From Longimicrobiales bacterium (GTDB lineage Bacteria; Gemmatimonadota; Gemmatimonadetes; Longimicrobiales; Gaopeijiaceae), in the NCBI GenBank assembly GCA_965248195.1, contig CBDFIQ010000002.1, positions 2,272,001 to 2,336,000 of the forward strand: a DNA stretch of 64,000 bases, in the 5' to 3' direction. The notes under the pieces were generated by a model. That model did not search any database. It worked only from the letters and a program-made list of their open reading frames with translations, and was not told the DNA's origin. Shown here piece by piece: positions 38,230 to 49,676 of the stretch. The translations under genes were made by a program, and so were the position numbers. The number at the start of each line of letters is the position of its first letter. Position 1 is the stretch's first letter.

Positions 38230-39251
38230 GGGCCGCACAAAAGCGACGACCATCCGCGCCCCTCACCACCATCGCCCTCATCGCGTCGTGCTGCGCAGTG
38301 CTGGGAATGGCCGGCTGCGGCTCGGAGAACGCCGCGGGGACCATCGAAGTGACCGTGCCCGCGGGCACCACGTTCGACTCCGTCCTGGACACGCTGGTCA
38401 CGCGGGAGGTGGTGGTCGCGAGGCGCAGGTTTCGGTTTTACGCCCGTGTCACCGGCGCCGACCGGCGAATCCGTGCGGGCAGTTACGCGCTGGCCCCCGG
38501 CGCGCCTTGGGCGGAGATCCTCGAGGTATTGACCTCGGGACAGGTGATGACGTTCGGAATGACCATCCCGGAGGGGTTCACGATCGCCGACATGGCGCTC
38601 CGCGTGGCCGAGACGGTGGAGCGCCCCGCCGATTCGGTGCGCACCTGGCTTACCGATCCCGAGGCCCACCTTCGCTGGGGCGTGCCTGGACCCGGACTGG
38701 AGGGGTACCTGTTCCCGGACACGTATCGCTTCGCCCGAGGGGTCGCCCTGGATGTCGTGATCGAGGCGATGGTCAGGCGGTACCAAACGGCCTGGACGGG
38801 CGGGCGCCGTGCCCGCCTCGAAGAGTTGGAAATGTCCGAGAACCAACTGATCACGCTGGCCTCGATCATCCAAGCCGAGGCGCGGCGTGTCGAGGAGATG
38901 CCGACGATTTCCGCGGTGTACCACAACCGGCTCCGGTTGGGCTATCGGCTCCAGGCCGACCCAACGGTCCTATACGCACTCGGGGGACGCCGGGAGCGGC
39001 TCCTCTTCGCGGCAATCGACTCGGTGGCGAACCATCCCTACAACACCTACACGCAACGGGGCCTCCCCCCAGGGCCCATCGCCGCACCCGGTGAGGCGGC
39101 GATCCATGCTGCGCTCTATCCAGCGGACGAGCGCTACCTCTACTTCGTGGCGCGCCCGGACGGCAGCCATATCTTCACCAACAGCCTTGAAGAGCATAAT
39201 CGCGCTCGTGAGGTCGCCCGCAGCGAGCGGAGCGCGACCGCCAATCGCTAG
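38226..39251 (+). CDS. mltG: endolytic transglycosylase MltG
   Basis: TIPEG, LEGYLFPDTY, LASIIQAEA, NRL...LQADPTV.Y, PYNTY..GLPPGPI, YLYFV. ATGA overlap with ruvX. Confidence 0.95.
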   Translation: MRAAQKRRPSAPLTTIALIASCCAVLGMAGCGSENAAGTIEVTVPAGTTFDSVLDTLVTREVVVARRRFRFYARVTGADRRIRAGSYALAPGAPWAEILEVLTSGQVMTFGMTIPEGFTIADMALRVAETVERPADSVRTWLTDPEAHLRWGVPGPGLEGYLFPDTYRFARGVALDVVIEAMVRRYQTAWTGGRRARLEELEMSENQLITLASIIQAEARRVEEMPTISAVYHNRLRLGYRLQADPTVLYALGGRRERLLFAAIDSVANHPYNTYTQRGLPPGPIAAPGEAAIHAALYPADERYLYFVARPDGSHIFTNSLEEHNRAREVARSERSATANR

Positions 39252-39320
39252 GAGCCCCCGCTAGGGGTCCCCGCCCGGTGCCGTCTGCCGAGCCTGCGCC
39301 CTCACGATAACCAGCGTTCT

Positions 39321-39986
39321 ATGGAAACCCTTCACCTCGCCCCCCGGCTACGCCTGACCGTCATTACCGACGAGGCGTTGGCGCGGCCCCGGGCACTCTT
39401 CGAGGTCGTCCGAGAGGCGCTCACTGCCGGTGCCCCCACCATCCAGCTTCGGCTCAAGGGCGCCACTGCCCGTGAACTGCTCGAGGCGGCCCAGACACTC
39501 ATGCCGATCGTCCGGGCAGCGGGTGCGCTTTTCATCGTGAACGACCGCCTGGATGTCGCGCTGGCCGCCGGCGCGGATGGCGTGCACCTCGGCCCGGACG
39601 ACCCTCCGGTCGTGGACGCCCGGGCGGTTGCCGCGGACACGCTCGGCGCTGTGGCAGACGCCTTCATCGTCGGATACTCGGTAGACACCACGGAGGGAGC
39701 CGTACGAGCAGAGGCCGAGGGAGCGGATTATCTCGGGGTCGGCGCCGTATACGAGACGGCGAACAAGTCCGACGTGGGAGCTGTCATTGGCCTCGATGGC
39801 CTCCGGAGCGTGGTGGAGGCGGTCTCCATCCCGGTCGTGGCGATCGGGGGCATCACCCCGGAACGAGCAAGAGCCGTCGCGGAGACCGGAGCGTGCGGAT
39901 CTGCCGCCATTGGCGCGATCATGGGTGCACCTGACCCGGCCGAGGCGGTGCGGGCCCTGCTTCTACCGTTTGGCGGAGCCGCCTGA
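39321..39986 (+). CDS. thiE: thiamine phosphate synthase
   Basis: IQLRLK, IVNDRLDVA, ADGVHLG..D, ADYLGVG.VY.T..K, PVVAIGGI. Confidence 0.95.
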   Translation: METLHLAPRLRLTVITDEALARPRALFEVVREALTAGAPTIQLRLKGATARELLEAAQTLMPIVRAAGALFIVNDRLDVALAAGADGVHLGPDDPPVVDARAVAADTLGAVADAFIVGYSVDTTEGAVRAEAEGADYLGVGAVYETANKSDVGAVIGLDGLRSVVEAVSIPVVAIGGITPERARAVAETGACGSAAIGAIMGAPDPAEAVRALLLPFGGAA

Positions 39987-40019
39987 CGCGATCCGCTGTC
40001 CTTCTTCAACAGCCTCCTA
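39987..40019. repeat. solo end of the 10585-10907 element family
   Basis: CGCGATCCGCTGTCCTTCTTCAACAGCCTCC matches the reverse complement of 10585-10615 at 27/31 positions. It fills the whole gap between the thiE TGA and the PHP-gene TAG. Confidence 0.78.
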
Positions 40020-40835
40020 CCACCCACCCGCCTCGATCAGCTCCCCCACGTCCTCCTCGGTCACGAAAAAGGAACCGAGCGGGTACCCTCGTTCGGGATC
40101 ATGCCAGTCGGAGCCGCCCGTCATGAGAAGTCCGTCCCCCCCGGCCGTTCGCTCCAGCTTCCTGATGTGCCGCGGGGTCGCCCGAGGCCGATAAACCTCC
40201 AGGCCCTTGAGCCCGGCTTCGATGAACGCCGGCAAAAGCCGGTGCAGCGCATGCATGGGTGGATGCGCCCACACGGGAATTCCTCCCGCATCGAGGATCA
40301 ACCGGATCGCCTCCTCTGGCGTTGCCAGCCGCGTGGGCACGAACGCCGGATGTCCGTCTCCGATCAACCGGTCGAACGCGTCGGGCACAGATTTCGCGTA
40401 CCCCCTCGACACAAGCGCCCGCGCCAGATGGGGCCGGCCGATGACAGACCGGTCTGGACCCGCCGCATCGAGCACCTCGGCCATCTCGATGAGAAGCCCC
40501 TGGCCGCGGAGGCGAGCGACCATCTCGTCCATCCGGCTCTCTCGAACTCCGATGGCGTGCCGCTCGTGCGCCTCGATCGACCCTGCCTGCGGATCGACGA
40601 AGTATCCGAGGATGTGGTATTCCCCACCCTCATGCGTGCTGCTCACTTCGATGCCCGGGATAATTTCGACGGGAAATTCGGCTGCCGCTGACATCGCTTC
40701 CGGGATTCCCGCCACGGTGTCGTGGTCGGTGATGGCCAGTACATCAAGACCGCCGTCGGCTGCGAGGCCGACTACCTCCGCCGGACTCATCAAACCATCC
40801 GATGCAGTGGTATGAACGTGGAGGTCGAGCCTCAT
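40017..40835 (-). CDS. PHP domain phosphoesterase (TrpH/YciV-like)
   Basis: DLHVHTTASDG, AITDHDT, GIEVS, HILGY, GRPH.A, AHP, GGSDWH. Confidence 0.92.
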   Translation of the reverse strand: MRLDLHVHTTASDGLMSPAEVVGLAADGGLDVLAITDHDTVAGIPEAMSAAAEFPVEIIPGIEVSSTHEGGEYHILGYFVDPQAGSIEAHERHAIGVRESRMDEMVARLRGQGLLIEMAEVLDAAGPDRSVIGRPHLARALVSRGYAKSVPDAFDRLIGDGHPAFVPTRLATPEEAIRLILDAGGIPVWAHPPMHALHRLLPAFIEAGLKGLEVYRPRATPRHIRKLERTAGGDGLLMTGGSDWHDPERGYPLGSFFVTEEDVGELIEAGGW

Positions 40836-40866
40836 TGACTAATGCAACGCTGGGGCTAGGGTGCCG

Positions 40867-41198
40867 TCAGCCGGCGCGGTCCATGGCGTCCAGGATTTCG
40901 CCCACGTCGAGCTCGGCACCGGCGGGAATCTCCTCCGGAGCTTCCGTGCCACCGTACTCGGTGAGGATGATCAGATCGTTGCCCTCGACCTTGAGCACTC
41001 CGCCCACCACAAAGAACCGCTCGCTACCACCCGCTGGAAGATCGATGGACAATTCCCCGGACCCCAGAAGCGCGATCATCGGCGCGTGGCCAGGCAAAAT
41101 GCCGACCTTTCCGTCCCACGCCGGCGCGACCACCGATGCCGCCGGCCCCTCAAAGAGCACCGAATCGGGCGAGACGACGCGGACCTGCAGCTCCGACA

Positions 41199-41199
<1 letters not shown>
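40867..41199 (-). CDS. atpC: ATP synthase F1 epsilon subunit (short form)
   Basis: VVSPD, G.VGILPGHAPMI, GGVLKV; last gene of the atp operon. Confidence 0.92.
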
Positions 41200-42632
<1,433 letters not shown>

Positions 42633-42662
42633 CTATCTCCAGTCGGTGTTCGGCCTGCTCCC

Positions 42663-43523
42663 CTACTCGAGGGCCGCCGCCCCTCCGACGATCTCGGCGA
42701 TCTCCTGGGTGATTTGGCCCTGACGGGCTCGGTTGTACGAACGCGTGAGGTACTCCAACACGTCGCCCGCGTTGTCGGTAGCACTCTTCATGGCGGTGCG
42801 GCGGGCCCCCTGCTCGGCGGCCACGTTTTCGACCAGCGCCCGGTACGTTGCATTGCGCAGGTAGGCCGGTAGCAGCCTCTGCAAAACAATCTCGGCCTTC
42901 GGCGTCAGGATGAAGTTGTCGAGTCCACGGGACGCACTCCCTCCCCGGATCGGCAACAACTCCGTGACCCGGGGCGGCGTCGACATCGCCGAGATGAACT
43001 CCGAGCTCACGATGTGCACCGCGTCGGTCCGGCCTGCGGCGAACTCCTCCCGCAGGCCAGCGATCACCGACTCCGCATCCTCCATCGAGGGGTTGTCCCC
43101 GATGTCGACACGCGTCGACGCGATGGGGTGCCCGCGAAAGCGGAAGTACGCGATGCCCTTTTTGCCCACGATGTGGAGTTCGGTCTCGATTCCTTCCCCG
43201 GCGAGGCGCTCCAGAAGGAGGCGGGCCTCCTTGATCAGGTTCGCGTTGAAGCCCCCCGCCAATCCCCGGTTCGCGGTGAGAAGCAGCACGGAAGCTCGCT
43301 CCACACTCTCAGGACGCCGAAGTAACGGAAATTTTTCGGAGAGTTCCGGCGCATACAGGCTCCCGACGATCGACGCCAACGCATCACTGTACGGCGCGAC
43401 CGCACGAACCCGATCCGTGGCCTTCTTCAACTTCGAAGTAGCCACCAACTCCATGGTTCGCGTGATCTGTCGAGTGTTCTCCACCGACTTGATCCGCCGT
43501 TTGACGTCACTCGAGCCCGCCAT
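42663..43523 (-). CDS. atpG: ATP synthase F1 gamma subunit
   Basis: RIKSV.NTRQITRTMELVA, RGLAGGFN, RRTAMKSATDNA, NRARQ.QITQEI.EIVGGA. Confidence 0.97.
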   Translation of the reverse strand: MAGSSDVKRRIKSVENTRQITRTMELVATSKLKKATDRVRAVAPYSDALASIVGSLYAPELSEKFPLLRRPESVERASVLLLTANRGLAGGFNANLIKEARLLLERLAGEGIETELHIVGKKGIAYFRFRGHPIASTRVDIGDNPSMEDAESVIAGLREEFAAGRTDAVHIVSSEFISAMSTPPRVTELLPIRGGSASRGLDNFILTPKAEIVLQRLLPAYLRNATYRALVENVAAEQGARRTAMKSATDNAGDVLEYLTRSYNRARQGQITQEIAEIVGGAAALE

Positions 43524-43567
43524 CGTCTAGCCGCGCTCTCTCTCAGTACTCATTAGAATCCGGGGCG

Positions 43568-45157
43568 TCAGGAGGTGGCCCCGGCGGTGGCTCCATCGGC
43601 CGGCGCCTCTGCCTCCACCTCGGCCGCGAAGATCTTGTTGTACTCCTCGATGGCCGCGACCAGCTTGGCCGTAAGGTCGTCGGTGAGCTCTTTCTCATCG
43701 CGGATTCCCGACAATACGTCTTCGTGCTGGGTTGAGAGGCAGTCGTGGAAGCCGCGCTCCCAACGCCTCAGATGCCGAACCTCGATCGTATCCAGGTGCC
43801 CCTCGGTGGCCGCGAAGATCACGCAGACTTGATTCTCCACCGGCATGGGCTGGTACTGACCCTGCTTGAGCACCTCCACCGTGCGCTCGCCTCGAGCCAG
43901 TTGCGCTTGCGTCGCGGCGTCCAGATCGGAACCGAACTGCGCAAATGCCTCGAGCTCCCGATACTGTGCCAGGTCGAGCCGGAGTCGGCCGGCCACCTTC
44001 TTCATCGCCTTGATCTGCGCGTTGCCTCCCACGCGGGACACGGAAATGCCGACGTTCACCGCCGGGCGCACACCCGAGTTGAACAGATCGGGCTCCAGGT
44101 AGATCTGGCCATCCGTTATGGAAATGACGTTGGTCGGGATATACGCCGAAACGTCGCCGGCCTGCGTCTCGACGATGGGGAGCGCGGTCAACGACCCACC
44201 ACCGTGGGCGTCGGACAGCTTGGCCGCTCGCTCGAGAAGCCGGGAGTGGAGGTAGAAGACATCGCCCGGGAAGGCCTCACGTCCGGGTGGCCGGCGGAGC
44301 ACCAGAGACAGCTGCCGGTAGGCGATCGCCTGCTTGGAAAGATCGTCGTAAACGACCAGCGTGTGCCGGCCCTTCCACATGAAGTGCTCGGCGATGGCCG
44401 CCGCCGAGTAAGGCGCGATGTACTGCAGCGGCGCAGGGTCGGATGCGTTGGCGGCCACCACCACCGTGTAGTTCATGGCGCCGTGTTCCTTGAGCGTCTC
44501 GACCACGCTCGCAACCTTCCCGGCCCGCTGCCCGATGGCGCAATACACGCAGATGACCTCGGTGCCCTTCTGGTTGATGATCGTGTCCAGAGCGATCGCC
44601 GTCTTTCCTGAGCTCCGGTCGCCAATGATGAGCTCGCGCTGGCCTCGGCCGATCGGGATCATCGAGTCGATCGCCTTAAGACCCGTTTGGAGCGGCTCGT
44701 GGACCGGCTGCCTCATCACGATGCCCGGAGCGACGACGTCGATCTGCCGGTTTTCCTCGATCGGTTCGACCGGGCCCTTGCCGTCTATCGGGTTGCCCAG
44801 CGGATCCACCACCCGTCCGACGTACCCCGGTCCAGTCGGAATATCGAGCACACGGCCCGTCCGCCGGACCTGATCGCCCTCGTGCAGCGCAGTCCAGTCG
44901 CCCATGATGACCGCGCCGATGTTGTCCTCTTCGAGGTTGAGCGCGAGGGCCGTCACGGGCTCGTCGGAGTCGGACGGAGTGATCTCCAGCATCTCGCTGG
45001 CCATCGCTTTGGTGAGGCCGTAGATGCGGGCGATTCCGTCCTTCACCTCGAGAACTTCACCGACCTCTTCGGCCTGAAGCGCCTCCCCGTAGTTCTCGAT
45101 CTCCGAAAGGAGGACGCCCTTGATCTCACTCGCCCGGAGCCCTGAGTCGTTAGCCAT
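43568..45157 (-). CDS. atpA: ATP synthase F1 alpha subunit
   Basis: [49 protein letters not shown]. Confidence 0.98.
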   Translation of the reverse strand: MANDSGLRASEIKGVLLSEIENYGEALQAEEVGEVLEVKDGIARIYGLTKAMASEMLEITPSDSDEPVTALALNLEEDNIGAVIMGDWTALHEGDQVRRTGRVLDIPTGPGYVGRVVDPLGNPIDGKGPVEPIEENRQIDVVAPGIVMRQPVHEPLQTGLKAIDSMIPIGRGQRELIIGDRSSGKTAIALDTIINQKGTEVICVYCAIGQRAGKVASVVETLKEHGAMNYTVVVAANASDPAPLQYIAPYSAAAIAEHFMWKGRHTLVVYDDLSKQAIAYRQLSLVLRRPPGREAFPGDVFYLHSRLLERAAKLSDAHGGGSLTALPIVETQAGDVSAYIPTNVISITDGQIYLEPDLFNSGVRPAVNVGISVSRVGGNAQIKAMKKVAGRLRLDLAQYRELEAFAQFGSDLDAATQAQLARGERTVEVLKQGQYQPMPVENQVCVIFAATEGHLDTIEVRHLRRWERGFHDCLSTQHEDVLSGIRDEKELTDDLTAKLVAAIEEYNKIFAAEVEAEAPADGATAGATS

Positions 45158-45214
45158 TACACTATCCCGTTATTCCATCAGGAAGGCCGGCTTGGGCCGG
45201 CCGAATCTGTACCG

Positions 45215-45778
45215 TCAAACCTGACCCACCCTGGGAAGGTCGGCATTCAGCAGCCTTCGCCGCATGCTGTCGAGCCTTCGCCTCAACGATCCATCGTAGA
45301 TCGTATCACCCGTCCGGAAGATCGCGCCGCCGAGAATGTCCGGCTCGACCCGGACGTGGGGGATGGCGGTCTTCTCCAATGCCACGGTCAGCCGCTTCTC
45401 CATTTCCTCCATGGAGTCCCCATCCAATTGGCGGGCGAGCGTCACCTCCACATGCACGCGGTTGAAGTGAAGGTCCATGAGACTCATGTACTCCCGGGCG
45501 ATCACCCTAAGGAGACGTTGCCGCCTCTTATCGAGCGTGATCAGCAAGAAGTTCACGAGTTTCGCGGGTAGAGTCTCACCGAACACCCTGCGTACCACTG
45601 CTTTCTTCTGCGCCACAGCGATTCTGGGCGTCTCCAGAAAGCGGCGGAAGTCGTCATTCTCGTCGATCAGCCGCGCGACGATCTCGACGCCCGTGCTGTA
45701 GGCTTCGACGCCTTCGTGGCGCTCGGCCAACTCGAAGAGTGTTTCGGCGTAGTTACGAGCGATCGTCTCGTCTCTCAC
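45215..45778 (-). CDS. atpH: ATP synthase F1 delta subunit
   Basis: IARNYAETLF, NFL..LDKRR, DILGG...GDTIYDGS. Confidence 0.93.
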   Translation of the reverse strand: MRDETIARNYAETLFELAERHEGVEAYSTGVEIVARLIDENDDFRRFLETPRIAVAQKKAVVRRVFGETLPAKLVNFLLITLDKRRQRLLRVIAREYMSLMDLHFNRVHVEVTLARQLDGDSMEEMEKRLTVALEKTAIPHVRVEPDILGGAIFRTGDTIYDGSLRRRLDSMRRRLLNADLPRVGQV

Positions 45779-46362
45779 GCCTGGATCTCGCCCCCGCTGC
45801 TCAGCTCATCGATGAAGCCCATGATCAGTTCACGGTCCTTCTTCTCGTCGAGGCTCTCCTGAACCAACTTAGCCGCCGCGGCGAGCGCCAAATCCACGGA
45901 TTCTTTCCGAAGCTCGTCGAGCGCGGCATCCTTCTCACGCTCGATCGACTCCCGTGCCCGCTCGATCATCGCGTCGCCCTCGGCTCGGGCCTTCTCTTCG
46001 AGGTCCTTCCGGACTCTCTCACCCGCCTCCTTGCCCTCGGCGATCATCTGCTGCGCCTGTCGCCTTGCGTCGGCCATCTGCTGACGATGCTCCGCAAGAA
46101 GCTTGGCCGCCTCGACCCTCTCATTCGCGGCCTGGTCGAGCGTGCCTTGGATGCCGTCCTCGCGGGCCTGCACAGCCCCCAGGATCGGCCCCCACGCGAA
46201 CTTCCAAAGAAAGCCGAGCAGCGTGAGAAAGACGAGCGTCGTCCAGACCGACAGGCCCAGGTTCACGTCGAACATCCCGCCCCCACCCTCTTGCGCCATC
46301 ACGGGCAAGGGAAGAATCAGCGCATACGCCCCGAGGGCCGCGAGCATCCGTCCACGTGTCAT
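45775..46362 (-). CDS. atpF: ATP synthase Fo b subunit
   Basis: W.T.VF..LL..L.KFAW.PI followed by a coiled coil; operon position. Confidence 0.93.
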   Translation of the reverse strand: MTRGRMLAALGAYALILPLPVMAQEGGGGMFDVNLGLSVWTTLVFLTLLGFLWKFAWGPILGAVQAREDGIQGTLDQAANERVEAAKLLAEHRQQMADARRQAQQMIAEGKEAGERVRKDLEEKARAEGDAMIERARESIEREKDAALDELRKESVDLALAAAAKLVQESLDEKKDRELIMGFIDELSSGGEIQA

Positions 46363-46637
46363 CGATTCATCAGCAGAAGCGAAAGGCCGAGACCGAAGAG
46401 CGCCGCGCCCTCGACGAGCGCCGCGAAGATGATCGCCGCGGTCTGAATCTGCGCGGTGGCTTCGGGCTGCCGTGCGATCCCTTGGGCCGCCGCCGACCCG
46501 ATCGGGCCGATTCCGAGTCCCGCGCCGATCACGGCGCCCCCGATGGCGAGACCCGCGCCAATGAGACCGATGGAGCTTCCGGCTGCTTCCCCATTCGCGG
46601 CAGCCTCCTGAACGACGGTAACGAGTGCGTGCAGCAT
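46359..46637 (-). CDS. atpE: ATP synthase Fo c subunit
   Basis: GAGLGIG, IARQPEA, AALVEG. Confidence 0.95.
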   Translation of the reverse strand: MLHALVTVVQEAAANGEAAGSSIGLIGAGLAIGGAVIGAGLGIGPIGSAAAQGIARQPEATAQIQTAAIIFAALVEGAALFGLGLSLLLMNR

Positions 46638-46679
46638 CGTGTGTCCTTTTGTTGTGTGACAGTTGTTATGTGACAGTGA

Positions 46680-47600
46680 CTAATGAGCGTGACGGATCAT
46701 TCCGATGAAGACGGACGTGAGCATCGCGAAGATGTAGGCCTGCAAGAAGGCGATGAACAATTCCAGAATCATGAGCACGCTGGCTGCAGCGACCGCCCCG
46801 ATGCCCACGAGGTAACTCTGGAGCACGAAAATCATTCCCATGAGGGCCAGGATCAGCGTATGGCCGGCCGTCATGTTGGCGAGCAAACGAACCGCCAGCG
46901 CAAACGGTTTGGTCAATTTGCCTAGGGCCTCGACCAGAGTGAGAATGATCAGCATGATGGGCCTCATCCAGACGGGAAGCCCCTTGGGTAAGAAAAAAAT
47001 GGTCTTGGCGTAGCCGACCGGGCCCAGAGCCCGAAACCCAGAGACTTCGATTACGATGAAGCTGATGACGGCCAGGGCAGCGGTCACGGAGAGGTTCGCC
47101 GTAGGCGTGATCCCCAGGGGCGTGAGTCCGATCACATTCATGCCCAGAACGAAGAAGAAAAGTGTGAGAATGAAAGGTGTGAAGGCGTCGGCGCCATGCC
47201 CGATGTTCGTCCGCACCACTTCATCACGGAAGTAGATGATCATCGCCTCCATGGCGTTGGCGAAGCCGCTGGGGGCCTTCTCCCTCCCTCTCTTCCGGAG
47301 GATTCCGGCCATCGGAACGAAGATCGCCAGCATGAGGAGGGCGACCACCACCATGATCACCATGTGACGTGTCGGTGACAGGTCGATCGCAACGGACCCG
47401 ATGTGGATCGGATCGATGCTCAGGGCGTCGAGGCTCAAATGCAGACCCCCGAACTCGATCTCCGTGGCATCGCCAATGTGATGCTGGATAAAGTCGGGAA
47501 GCTCGCCCATGGTCAGCGGGCCCGACGATTCCGCCCCATGGTCGGCAGCGACCTGTGCCGCTTCCTGACCGTGCTCCGGCAGCACTCTGAGTCGACTCAT
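46680..47600 (-). CDS. atpB: ATP synthase Fo a subunit
   Basis: HHIGD, TAN.SVT.AL, KPFALAVRLLANMTAGH, LQAYIFAMLT. Confidence 0.95.
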   Translation of the reverse strand: MSRLRVLPEHGQEAAQVAADHGAESSGPLTMGELPDFIQHHIGDATEIEFGGLHLSLDALSIDPIHIGSVAIDLSPTRHMVIMVVVALLMLAIFVPMAGILRKRGREKAPSGFANAMEAMIIYFRDEVVRTNIGHGADAFTPFILTLFFFVLGMNVIGLTPLGITPTANLSVTAALAVISFIVIEVSGFRALGPVGYAKTIFFLPKGLPVWMRPIMLIILTLVEALGKLTKPFALAVRLLANMTAGHTLILALMGMIFVLQSYLVGIGAVAAASVLMILELFIAFLQAYIFAMLTSVFIGMIRHAH

Positions 47601-47611
47601 CGTCTCTTCTA

Positions 47612-47983
47612 TCAATCTATCGCGTCCTTATCTGCGGCCTTGAGAAACGCCGGCTCGATCAACAACAGACCGAAAAAAAACCCAGCCAAGGATAACAGTA
47701 AGGCTTCAACTCCCAGGGACTCGATGCGCAGGGCAACGAGCCCGACTATGATGACCACCCCGATCCTGACCGCCACACCCACTCCCCACCAAACAAAGAA
47801 GCGGGAGGGCTCGCCCCGGGCCCGCAGCAGCACGCCGAAGGCCGTGACCTGCACCGGATAAGCGATGCCGGCCGCCAGCAAGACTCCCTTTCTCCCCTCA
47901 TCCGCCAGAAACGGGAAGAGCCCCGCGACCGCTACTGCGATCATCAAGAGTCCGGCCAACGCATACCGAACCAGGGCTCTCAA
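47612..47983 (-). CDS. atpI: ATP synthase protein I-like four-TM protein
   Basis: Four hydrophobic segments directly upstream of atpB. Confidence 0.6.
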   Translation of the reverse strand: MRALVRYALAGLLMIAVAVAGLFPFLADEGRKGVLLAAGIAYPVQVTAFGVLLRARGEPSRFFVWWGVGVAVRIGVVIIVGLVALRIESLGVEALLLSLAGFFFGLLLIEPAFLKAADKDAID

Positions 47984-48249
47984 GCCTCGTCACTCTCCTT
48001 GCGGCCCTGCTCTTCGCGGGGCCTGATCACGACCTGGACATAGAGGTTGTAAAAGCCGGCCGCCCCCCCCAAAAGCATCCCGAGGATCGTCAGTAGCGCC
48101 TCGGCCCCCGTTCGCACGCCGACCTCGAATCCAACCCATCCAAAGAGCGCCACCGCAGCGGCCAACGTCATCCCGTGACCCAGAAACTGGGAGGAGGCAC
48201 GAACGACTTCGCCGGTGCGCTCCTCGGCCGGTTTTCCTTCCTCTGACAT
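47980..48249 (-). CDS. AtpZ/AtpI family two-TM protein
   Basis: G.TLA..V.LFGWVG...G.LLG.AAGFYNLY; first gene of the atp operon. Confidence 0.75.
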   Translation of the reverse strand: MSEEGKPAEERTGEVVRASSQFLGHGMTLAAAVALFGWVGFEVGVRTGAEALLTILGMLLGGAAGFYNLYVQVVIRPREEQGRKESDEA

Positions 48250-48287
48250 GGGTTGGAACTCCGGTGGGAAAGCCAAAGTCTAAGAAA

Positions 48288-48316
48288 AATTTAGACGCTT
48301 GTGAAAAAAAGCGCAA
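48288..48316 (-). promoter_or_regulatory. sigma-70-type promoter of the atp operon, overlapped by a Rex-like box and an inverted repeat
   Basis: Minus strand reads TTGCGC-N17-TAAATT. Plus strand has TTGTGAA-AAAA-AGCGCAA (48299-48316) and GTCTAA-N7-TTAGAC (48278-48296). Confidence 0.55.
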
Positions 48317-48571
48317 GCTCCAGTTTACGGGTCAAAAACAGGGATTTCGAGACCAGTCGACGCTTGACGAAGGGGCGGCCCTGAGTCAACTTCGCGGCAT
48401 ACAGTATGGCCTCCAAGGGGGATCCGCACATCGGGCCGGATCTAGTCCGGGGACCGCACCGCACCGGGACCCCAGGCGCTGGGTAGCGGGTAGGCTGCGT
48501 GGTCGTCCGCCATGCAAGATTCGTCGCCCACGGCGGCCATGGCATTCCTTTAGAGACGCCGGAAGCGATTG

Positions 48572-49591
48572 ATGACGTCATCGACAGAAGCGGTTGTTCA
48601 GGACCGGGACCTCCAATTACTCCAACGTGTGGCCCAGGTCGCCGAGGAACTCCGAAACGAGATCGAAAAGCGGATCGTGGGCCAACATGACGTCGTCGAA
48701 GGCCTTCTGACCTCCCTCCTCGCCAACGGGCACGTGCTGCTGGTGGGTGTGCCCGGCCTGGCGAAGACACTCTTGATCAGTACGCTCGCCGAGGCGCTCG
48801 ACCTCAAGTTCAGCCGCATCCAGTTCACCCCCGACCTCATGCCCACGGACATCACAGGCACCGAGGTGATCGAAGAAGACCGTACGACGGGCCGGCGTGT
48901 GTTCCGCTTCGTCCGCGGACCCATCTTCGCTAACGTCGTGCTCGCCGACGAGATCAACCGGACGCCCCCGAAGACACAGGCCGCACTCCTCCAGGCCATG
49001 CAGGAGCGAGAGGTCACCGCCGCCGGCGACACCTACGTGCTCGATCCCCCGTTTTTTGTGCTGGCGACGCAAAACCCGATCGAGCAAGAAGGCACGTATC
49101 CGCTTCCCGAGGCCCAGTTGGATCGGTTCATGCTGGAGTTGCCGATCGGGTACCCCTCCAAGAGCGAGGAAGAGGAAGTGGCGATGCGCACCACCGGGGA
49201 GGACGACCCGCAGGTCCGCCCCGTCGTTTCTGCGGAGGAGTTGATCGAGCTCCAGCACCTGGTGCGGCGTGTCCCTGCCTCCCCGTCGCTGGTTTCCTTC
49301 GCGGTCCACATAGCCAGGGCCTCCCGGCCCGGGTTGGCCGAGACCGCCGGGGTGTCGGCGAAGTACGTCAGTTGGGGCGCCGGCCCCCGGGCGTCGCAGT
49401 ATCTCGTGCTCGGCGCCAAGGCGAGGGCAGCCCTCCGTGGCGAACCGATTCCCTCGTACGATGACGTGCGAGCGGTCGCGCCCGAAGTGCTGGCCCACCG
49501 CCTCGTCCTCAATTTCGAGGCGGAGGCGGACGGACGGGTCACGCGGGACGTGATCTCAGAACTCCTTGAGGAGTCCGCTGGATGGACGTAG
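48572..49591 (+). CDS. MoxR family AAA+ ATPase
   Basis: GVPGLAKT, RIQFTPDLMP.D, LADEINRTPPKTQAALL.AM.E, ATQNPIEQEGTYPLPEAQLDRF. Confidence 0.95.
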   Translation: MTSSTEAVVQDRDLQLLQRVAQVAEELRNEIEKRIVGQHDVVEGLLTSLLANGHVLLVGVPGLAKTLLISTLAEALDLKFSRIQFTPDLMPTDITGTEVIEEDRTTGRRVFRFVRGPIFANVVLADEINRTPPKTQAALLQAMQEREVTAAGDTYVLDPPFFVLATQNPIEQEGTYPLPEAQLDRFMLELPIGYPSKSEEEEVAMRTTGEDDPQVRPVVSAEELIELQHLVRRVPASPSLVSFAVHIARASRPGLAETAGVSAKYVSWGAGPRASQYLVLGAKARAALRGEPIPSYDDVRAVAPEVLAHRLVLNFEAEADGRVTRDVISELLEESAGWT

Positions 49592-49676
49592 GCCCAAGTA
49601 CCGAGGCGGGCGACCACCCGCCGAGTATACCGGGGCTGCCGGACAAGCCGGAGCGGCCCGAACCATCGAGGCCGGC

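Noticed and set aside
39261..39327. TPP-riboswitch-like fragments upstream of thiE (CTAGGGGTCC ... GATAACCAGCGT)
   Set aside because: The essential UGAGA and ACCUGA elements and a closing P1 stem are missing. At most a decayed remnant; a cmsearch with the TPP model would settle it.
46359..46637. Possible Na+-coupled ATP synthase
   Set aside because: The c subunit has E-G rather than E-S/T after the catalytic Glu, consistent with proton coupling.
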